This document shows, piece after piece, positions 27,489 through 32,000 of a stretch of 32,000 bases of DNA. The DNA is from Halomicronema hongdechloris C2206 (GTDB lineage Bacteria > Cyanobacteriota > Cyanobacteriia > Phormidesmidales > Phormidesmidaceae): contig NZ_CP021983.2 of the NCBI RefSeq assembly GCF_002075285.3, positions 330,001-362,000 on the forward strand. Direction: 5' to 3'. Position 1 is the stretch's first letter; the number at the start of each line of letters is the position of its first letter. A program made the position numbers and the translations under genes. A model generated the notes under the pieces. That model had not been told where the DNA came from and did no database searches. It was given only the letters and a program-made list of their open reading frames with translations.

Positions 27489-28322
27489 ATGTCCCCAGAG
27501 CCTCCAGAACTAATTATCGAAGCCGGCCGCACCGAAGCCCAGTACTGGCGAGACCTCTGGCGCTATCGCGAGCTATTTTACTTTCTGGCCTGGCGGGATA
27601 TCTTGGTGCGCTACAAGCAAACCGCCGTCGGCGTCGCCTGGGCACTGCTGCGGCCCTTTCTGACCATGGTGGTGTTTACGGTGGTCTTCGGCCGCCTGGC
27701 CAAGTTGCCCACAGAGGGAGATGCCCCTTACCCGATTCTGGTGTTTGCGGCCATGTTGCCCTGGCAATTTTTCGCCAATGCCCTAACCGAGTGCAGCAAC
27801 AGCCTGATTCAAAATGCCAACCTGATTGCAAAGGTCTATTTCCCTCGATTGGTGGTGCCTACCAGTGCCGTCATCGTCAGCTTCGTCGACTTTTTGATCT
27901 CGGGGATCATTTTGCTAGGGCTGATGGCCTGGTACGCAGCCGTGCCCTCCTGGCGGATTATCACCTTGCCGGGGTTCATCGCCATCGCCTTCGCGGCGGC
28001 CATGGGGGCTGGCCTCTGGTTAGCGGCCCTAAACGTGCAGTATCGCGACTTTCGCTACGTGGTGCCGTTTCTGGTGCAGTTTGGCCTCTACATCTCGCCG
28101 GTGGGCTTCAGCAGCAGCATCGTGCCCCAACAGTGGCGGCTGTTGTATTCTCTCAATCCCATGGTGGGGGTGATTGACGGCTTTCGCTGGGCCATCATCG
28201 GCGGTGATGTGCAGCTCTACTGGCCCGGCTTCTTGCTGTCCTTGCTGCTGGTGGCCGCATTGCTCTTCAGCGGCATCCTCTATTTTCGCCACATGGAGCG
28301 CACCTTTGCCGATATCATTTGA
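27489..28322 (+). CDS. ABC-2 type (Wzm/TagG-like) polysaccharide export permease
   Basis: 277 aa with six TM segments. The N-terminus is typical of the family (YWRDLWRYRELFYFLAWRDILVRYKQTAVGVAWALLRPFLTM) and is followed by KVYFPR. No partner ATPase gene follows. Confidence 0.85.
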   Translation: MSPEPPELIIEAGRTEAQYWRDLWRYRELFYFLAWRDILVRYKQTAVGVAWALLRPFLTMVVFTVVFGRLAKLPTEGDAPYPILVFAAMLPWQFFANALTECSNSLIQNANLIAKVYFPRLVVPTSAVIVSFVDFLISGIILLGLMAWYAAVPSWRIITLPGFIAIAFAAAMGAGLWLAALNVQYRDFRYVVPFLVQFGLYISPVGFSSSIVPQQWRLLYSLNPMVGVIDGFRWAIIGGDVQLYWPGFLLSLLLVAALLFSGILYFRHMERTFADII

Positions 28323-28351
28323 TGCCTTAGAAGATTGATGCCTTAGAAGAT
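28320..28351. repeat. Perfect 16-bp tandem duplication (TGATGCCTTAGAAGAT x2) starting at the permease stop codon
   Basis: Read directly. Copy 1 is at 28320-28335 and copy 2 at 28336-28351. Confidence 0.95.
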
Positions 28352-28584
28352 TCCAAGCTACAGGGTCACTCAGAAACGAGGTTAGCCCTCACCCCTGATG
28401 AATGATGGGGATGCGATCGCATCTTACAGCATTGGTCAGTCAGCTTAGGACGTGGATGATCGCCCAATCGCCCAGTCTAGGAAGGTTAGCTGCCTCGCCA
28501 ATGCACAAAGCATTGTTTAGCCTAAACCTGGAAGGGCTTGAGTCGGAGCCAAAGTTGCTAGTGACATATCCCTGTGCCTAAAGA

Positions 28585-29550
28585 CTAGCAATCCAGGGGA
28601 CTTCTTACCCCACGGCCACCCCGATTCAGAACGTGGGTGTAGATCATGGTGGTTTTTACATCCTTATGCCCCAGCAGCTCCTGCACGGTGCGAATGTCGT
28701 AACCATCTTCCAGCAGATGAGTGGCAAAACTGTGACGAAACGTGTGGCAACTGACGTGTTTGGACACTTTTGCCTGGCGAACTGCTCGCTTGATCGCCCG
28801 CTGCAAGCCACTTTCGTGCAGATGGTGACGTCTTGTGACACCACTGCGAGGATCTTGAGAGAATCGTTCTGCCGGAAAGACAAATTGCCAGATCCACTCA
28901 CGGTCGGCATGAGGATACTTGCGCTCCAGCGCAAAGGGTAGATACACCGAGCCATGTCCTTGTGCCAAATCTTGATGGTGCAATTGTCGAACACCATGCA
29001 GATGGTCTTTGAGATCTGCGCTCACACTGGTAGGCAGCATTGTTCGGCGGCTCTCTCCACCTTTTGTATCTCTGACCGTTATCTGTTGTTGGGCAAAGTC
29101 GAGATCTTTGACCCGTAGCCGTAGGGCTTCGTTTAACCGCAAGCCACTGCCATAAAGCAGCTTGGCAACTAGCTGATAACTGCCGCTCAGATTTTGCAGC
29201 ACTGAGTTGACTTCATCAGGGGTGAGCACGGTCGGTAAATGGCGCGATCGCTTTGCCCGCACGGCATTGATATCCACCCCTAGATCTTGCTTCAACACCT
29301 GACGATAGAGAAACACGACCGCATTCAGCGCCTGATTCTGCGTTGAAGCCGAGACCTTACCCACCACTGCTAGATGGGTCAAAAACGCCTCTAACTCAGC
29401 TTCTCCCATCTCAGCGGGATGCCGCTTTTGATGGAACAAGATGTAGCGGCGAATCCAATAAACGTAGGTTTGCTCGGTGCGATAGGAATAGTGCTTTAGC
29501 CGGATTTGGTCTCGGACTTGGTCCAGTAGTTTGCGAGGTTGAGTTTCCAT
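28585..29550 (-). CDS. intI: Integron integrase (tyrosine recombinase, IntI family)
   Basis: Catalytic residues are in context: [16 protein letters not shown] (Arg), [12 protein letters not shown] (His-x-x-Arg), [14 protein letters not shown] (His, Tyr). The IntI-specific insertion [50 protein letters not shown] is also present. The start is placed at METQPRK (ATG ending at 29550). The ORF track extends to 29601. Confidence 0.92.
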   Translation of the reverse strand: METQPRKLLDQVRDQIRLKHYSYRTEQTYVYWIRRYILFHQKRHPAEMGEAELEAFLTHLAVVGKVSASTQNQALNAVVFLYRQVLKQDLGVDINAVRAKRSRHLPTVLTPDEVNSVLQNLSGSYQLVAKLLYGSGLRLNEALRLRVKDLDFAQQQITVRDTKGGESRRTMLPTSVSADLKDHLHGVRQLHHQDLAQGHGSVYLPFALERKYPHADREWIWQFVFPAERFSQDPRSGVTRRHHLHESGLQRAIKRAVRQAKVSKHVSCHTFRHSFATHLLEDGYDIRTVQELLGHKDVKTTMIYTHVLNRGGRGVRSPLDC

Positions 29551-29619
29551 CAGTGGTAGATGCAGTACATACGTATTTACTTTGACGTATGTTTGGCGCA
29601 ATATCCTGAGAAAACGCGG

Positions 29620-29781
29620 CAGCTATACTGAAGCTTTCAATATATCTACCCAATATAAACGTACTATATGGACAGCTTGCAGCCTATCCGCCGAATTGGG
29701 CGAGATATACTGCGATTAATCCATATATCTGCCCCAAACGGGGTAGATATACTGAAGGAGTCGATCTAATAAGAGTTGGAC
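29620..29781 (+). other. Candidate attI recombination region with crossover core GTTGGAC (29775-29781)
   Basis: It lies between the intI start and the first cassette. Five copies of a ~10-12 bp motif alternate in orientation and precede a GTTRRRY match. TTGGAC is the exact complement of the R'' core of cassette 1. Confidence 0.55.
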
Positions 29782-30630
29782 AGCGCTCGAACACGATCGT
29801 GAAACGCACAGTGCCCGATGAGAGAAGTGCTATCTGAACACCTAGCCACGTTCATCCGGTCCCTCCCGGAGAAGCGCGAGTACGCCCGCGACGATCTTCT
29901 CGTTCCTGCGCTGAAGGTCGCCGAGGATGCCGACAAGGGGCTTGCCGTGTACGACGCTCCGTTCGGCTGGGGCAACCAAGAAGCGCGTGTGGCCCTGATT
30001 GGCGTGACGCCGGGTTTCACCCAGATGCAGATTCTCTATCGCGTAGTGCGGAGGCACCTCCTGTTGGGTGCGAGCCCCGAAGACGCTTGCAGGTTGGCCA
30101 AGTACGAAGCCAGCTTTGGTGGCACCATGCGCGGGAATCTCGTTCGGATGCTGGACGAGCTCGGGGTGCCGGAACTCCTCGAGGTCGCATCCACCGCCGA
30201 TCTCTTTGGTTCCAGTTCCCATCTTCTGCACACCACTTCGGCTGTTCGGTACCCGACGTTCCTCCACGGGCAGAACTACACTGGCAGTCAGCCGCGGCTC
30301 GTGAGGTCCGCCTTCTTGATGCGATACGTTCGGGACGTTCTTGCGCCGGAGCTGTCCCGGCTCCATGCTGCAGTCTTCGTTCCACTCGGCAAGAGCGTCG
30401 CCGAGGCCTTGGAGCTACTGGAGACCGAGCAGCGCATCCCGGCTGGTCGAACGCTACATGGATTCCCACATCCATCGGGCGCGAACGGTCACCGCGCGCG
30501 GCAATTCGAGAAGGGGAAGCCCGCGATGAGGCGGCGGTTCGAGGAGATCTTGTGTGGAGGTGCCTCGGCGGGCGCTGTCCAACAACAGCATGCAGCGGAC
30601 GGCGCTGCGCGCCGCCGCTGATGCCACACG
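29776..30630 (+). mobile_element. Integron gene cassette 1 (855 bp)
   Basis: It starts with TTGGAC after the attI G and ends with the G of GTTAGGC. Its own R'' (GTCCAAC, 30577-30583) is the reverse complement of G+TTGGAC. Confidence 0.75.
29818..30621 (+). CDS. Protein with a uracil-DNA glycosylase superfamily-like fold, specificity unknown
   Basis: 267 aa with GC-rich codon usage. VALIGVTPGFTQ resembles UDG motif A (G-x-x-PG, compare GINPG and GEAPG). LHGFPHPSGANG resembles motif B (HPS). The stop codon lies inside attC. There is no obvious SD. Confidence 0.5.
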   Translation: MREVLSEHLATFIRSLPEKREYARDDLLVPALKVAEDADKGLAVYDAPFGWGNQEARVALIGVTPGFTQMQILYRVVRRHLLLGASPEDACRLAKYEASFGGTMRGNLVRMLDELGVPELLEVASTADLFGSSSHLLHTTSAVRYPTFLHGQNYTGSQPRLVRSAFLMRYVRDVLAPELSRLHAAVFVPLGKSVAEALELLETEQRIPAGRTLHGFPHPSGANGHRARQFEKGKPAMRRRFEEILCGGASAGAVQQQHAADGAARRR

Positions 30631-30636
30631 TTAGGC
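30577..30636 (+). other. attC site of cassette 1 (60 bp)
   Basis: R'' is GTCCAAC (30577-83) and R' is GTTAGGC (30630-36). An inner stem pairs 30588-30605 with 30609-30624. G30592 and A30599 are unpaired on the R'' side, and there is an unpaired spacer between the R and L boxes. Confidence 0.8.
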
Positions 30637-31139
30637 GGCGCTCCGCGCACTCGGAGGTACGACCATGGAGCTCGTATTCGCCCTACTCGTTGTCGCGATT
30701 CTCGCTAGCCTGCCTGCAGCCGTGCTCGTTGTTGGCGTCTTCACAGCTCACGCCAGGCCCGACTCGCCTCTGCTTCGGCACTGGCGGCTCGTTGCCACCG
30801 TCGGTTTCTCGGCCTGGGCCTTGCTCACCCTGGTCTCGCACCTCTCCGACGCCCCTGGCTACACGGGCATCGGTTCCGGTCTTGGCATTCTCCTTTTGGT
30901 GTTCGTCTTTATCGCCCGCTCCAGAGCTTCCACTCTCTCCTCGGGCACGGCATAGCCGCCCAGGGTGCATCGCGCCGCCTAACAAGGCGCTGCAGCTGAC
31001 GAGCGCCACGGGAGTCGAATCGGTCCAACGCCGCCCAAAGCGCGCTCCGCGCGCAGGGCGGCTCGTGCCAGCTGGCGGCCACCTCCTGTGGCACAATCGG
31101 GGCTCCACCAGCGGCGCTCGCAGCTGAGCGCCTGATCCG
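30631..31139 (+). mobile_element. Integron gene cassette 2 (509 bp)
   Basis: It starts with TTAGGC. Its own R'' (GCCTAAC, 30977-83) is the reverse complement of G+TTAGGC. It ends with the G of GTTAGCT. Confidence 0.7.
30665..30955 (+). CDS. Small hypothetical membrane protein (3 predicted TM helices)
   Basis: GGAGG at 30653-57 lies 7 nt upstream of the ATG. The 96-aa product has hydrophobic stretches LVFALLVVAILASLPAAVLVVGVF, LVATVGFSAWALLTLV and GIGSGLGILLLVFVFIA. Confidence 0.55.
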   Translation: MELVFALLVVAILASLPAAVLVVGVFTAHARPDSPLLRHWRLVATVGFSAWALLTLVSHLSDAPGYTGIGSGLGILLLVFVFIARSRASTLSSGTA

Positions 31140-31145
31140 TTAGCT
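30977..31145 (+). other. attC site of cassette 2 (169 bp, long variable centre)
   Basis: R'' is GCCTAAC (30977-83) and R' is GTTAGCT (31139-45). A 21-bp stem pairs 30986-31007 with 31113-31132, with G30992 and A30999 unpaired. The bulges have the same identity and 6-bp spacing as in attC1. Confidence 0.7.
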
Positions 31146-31246
31146 GTCTGCCTACAGCAAGCATCTACCTGTGGACGCTCCTGGAAGTTTGGGGCATCTT
31201 AGACTTATGCCTTAATCAGTTACCGCTGGAATGGAGTAGCTAGAGA

Positions 31247-32000
31247 ATGAGTAGCTCTGCTTACGAAGGGTTCAACGAAGAGAGCTTCTTCGACCGTGTT
31301 GAAGCTCAGTTTGTTAAGAAAGCCCCTAATTTGTCTCAGACGCTTAACATTGCCGTCATTGGAAAAGTCAGTGCGGGGAAAAGTTCCTTAATTAATGCCT
31401 TGCTTAAGCTGAGTCGTCGGCAAGCGTTAGAAATTGCTAAAGTTGGTGCCACATCAGGAGTAACTACTGATCTAACAATCCTCAAGCTAGATGAAAAAGT
31501 ACATCTTGTCGATTCCCCTGGGCTTGATGATGTTCGTACTGAGAATAGCGAGCTAACAAAGAAGTTTCTTAAGCATATAGATGTTGGTATATTTGTAGTA
31601 ACTGGCTCCTCAGATTCCTCACAAAAGAAAAACTTAGATGATTTGCGACAGCATTGCGATGCTATTTTTGTCGTCCTAAATAAAATCGATGAATGGGATG
31701 ACTTAGATCCATCTGTCTTAGAAGATATTATTCAACAGTGGAAGACTGATCTTGAAGTAGAGAAAATATACCCAACTTGTGCAAAGGGTTACGATCCTAA
31801 AAGTCGTCTCCCTACAATGGATATCAGAGGTGTTGCAAAACTCCGGAATGACATTGGGGATTTCCTTGAAAAAAAAGGTAAAGACCTATTGTTAGCTAGG
31901 CACATGGCCCAGAAACAATCTCATGCGGTTAAAATTATTGCAGTAGCTTTAGCCGCTGTAGCTGGAGAAGCTTTTATACCTGGTAGTGCCATTTATATTA
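31247..32000 (+). CDS. P-loop GTPase (50S-ribosome-binding-GTPase/HSR1-like domain) with a hydrophobic DUF697-like C-terminal region; 3' end outside the window
   Basis: The frame is open from the ATG at 31247 to the window end, so it is absent from the ORF track because no stop is reached. GTPase motifs are G1 GKVSAGKS, G3 DSPG and G4 NKID. It is followed by AVKIIAVALAAVAGEAFIPGSAIYI. GGAG lies 10 nt upstream. A counted line is about 37% G+C. Confidence 0.8.
   Translation, partial: MSSSAYEGFNEESFFDRVEAQFVKKAPNLSQTLNIAVIGKVSAGKSSLINALLKLSRRQALEIAKVGATSGVTTDLTILKLDEKVHLVDSPGLDDVRTENSELTKKFLKHIDVGIFVVTGSSDSSQKKNLDDLRQHCDAIFVVLNKIDEWDDLDPSVLEDIIQQWKTDLEVEKIYPTCAKGYDPKSRLPTMDIRGVAKLRNDIGDFLEKKGKDLLLARHMAQKQSHAVKIIAVALAAVAGEAFIPGSAIYI

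Larger units (their letters stand above)
28585..32000. mobile_element. Chromosomal integron (intI, attI, at least 3 cassettes); the array continues beyond the window
   Basis: An integron-type integrase diverges from an array of same-strand ORFs. The ORFs are separated by attC-like imperfect palindromes with RYYYAAC/GTTRRRY cores. Composition changes stepwise at the cassette junctions. Confidence 0.85.

Noticed and set aside
27467-28177. 236-aa ORF overlapping the Wzm permease in another frame
   Set aside because: It is an Arg/Gly/Ala-rich alternative frame of a GC-rich membrane-protein gene. The 27489..28322 frame has the clear ABC-2 permease sequence.
28381-28527. attC-core-like strings 3' of intI (GTTAGCC 28381, GTTAGCT 28477, GTTTAGCCTAAAC 28515)
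   Set aside because: They are on the wrong side of intI for cassettes. No RYYYAAC...GTTRRRY pair encloses an imperfect palindrome with bulged bases. The third string is just a 6-bp-arm palindrome. They are probably coincidental, and the spacer carries a host HIP1 site.
29564-29600. Possible LexA/SOS box in the intI promoter region (AGTACATACGTAT)
   Set aside because: It does not fit either the CTGT-N8-ACAG consensus or the cyanobacterial RGTAC-N3-DGTWCB consensus as I recall them. Only a short ATACGTAT palindrome is present, so I kept it as part of the attI-region observation.
30087-31127. 346-aa plus-strand ORF spanning cassettes 1 and 2
   Set aside because: It is out of frame with both well-supported cassette ORFs and runs straight through attC1 and most of attC2. 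Its Arg/Ala/Pro/Ser-rich composition is the usual product of an open alternative frame in ~70% G+C DNA. The same reasoning applies to the minus-strand ORFs 29842..30366, 30017..30475 and 30683..31108.

Overview
This looks like a cyanobacterial chromosome segment. It has 13 copies of the HIP1 octamer GCGATCGC and carries chlG, a petP-like gene and hisF. One hand-counted host line is about 57% G+C.

Bases 1-28300 are mostly housekeeping and envelope genes:
- a GT2 / unknown / flippase-like trio
- a Uma2 nuclease
- a secreted S8 peptidase
- an orphan type-1 solute-binding protein
- a PspA-like gene next to a 7TM-HD (PgpH-like) phosphohydrolase
- a peptidoglycan-binding protein
- hisF, a petP-like gene, an ArsA-family ATPase and chlG
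- a class A PBP
- a potA-potD-potB-potC polyamine ABC operon
- PBP2 (mrdA)
- a Wzm-type ABC-2 permease

The accessory part is the last ~3.4 kb, which is a chromosomal integron. It has a minus-strand integron integrase (28585..29550), a repeat-rich attI region with a GTTGGAC crossover core, and at least three plus-strand gene cassettes. The cassettes are delimited by two well-formed attC sites (30577..30636 and 30977..31145). Their composition differs sharply from the host:
- cassette 1 (~75% G+C in one counted line near its 3' end): a protein with a uracil-DNA-glycosylase-like fold
- cassette 2 (GC-rich by eye): a 96-aa protein with three predicted transmembrane helices
- cassette 3 (~37% G+C): a P-loop GTPase that runs off the window

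The cassettes are the best candidates for undescribed, possibly defence-related functions.

Two sequence-integrity anomalies also stand out. Nine single-base homopolymer indels are clustered in the 3' part of the class A PBP gene. A G7 run separates potB from its apparent SD+ATG. I found no rRNA, tRNA or CRISPR. All functional calls rest on motif recognition by eye and no searches were run.
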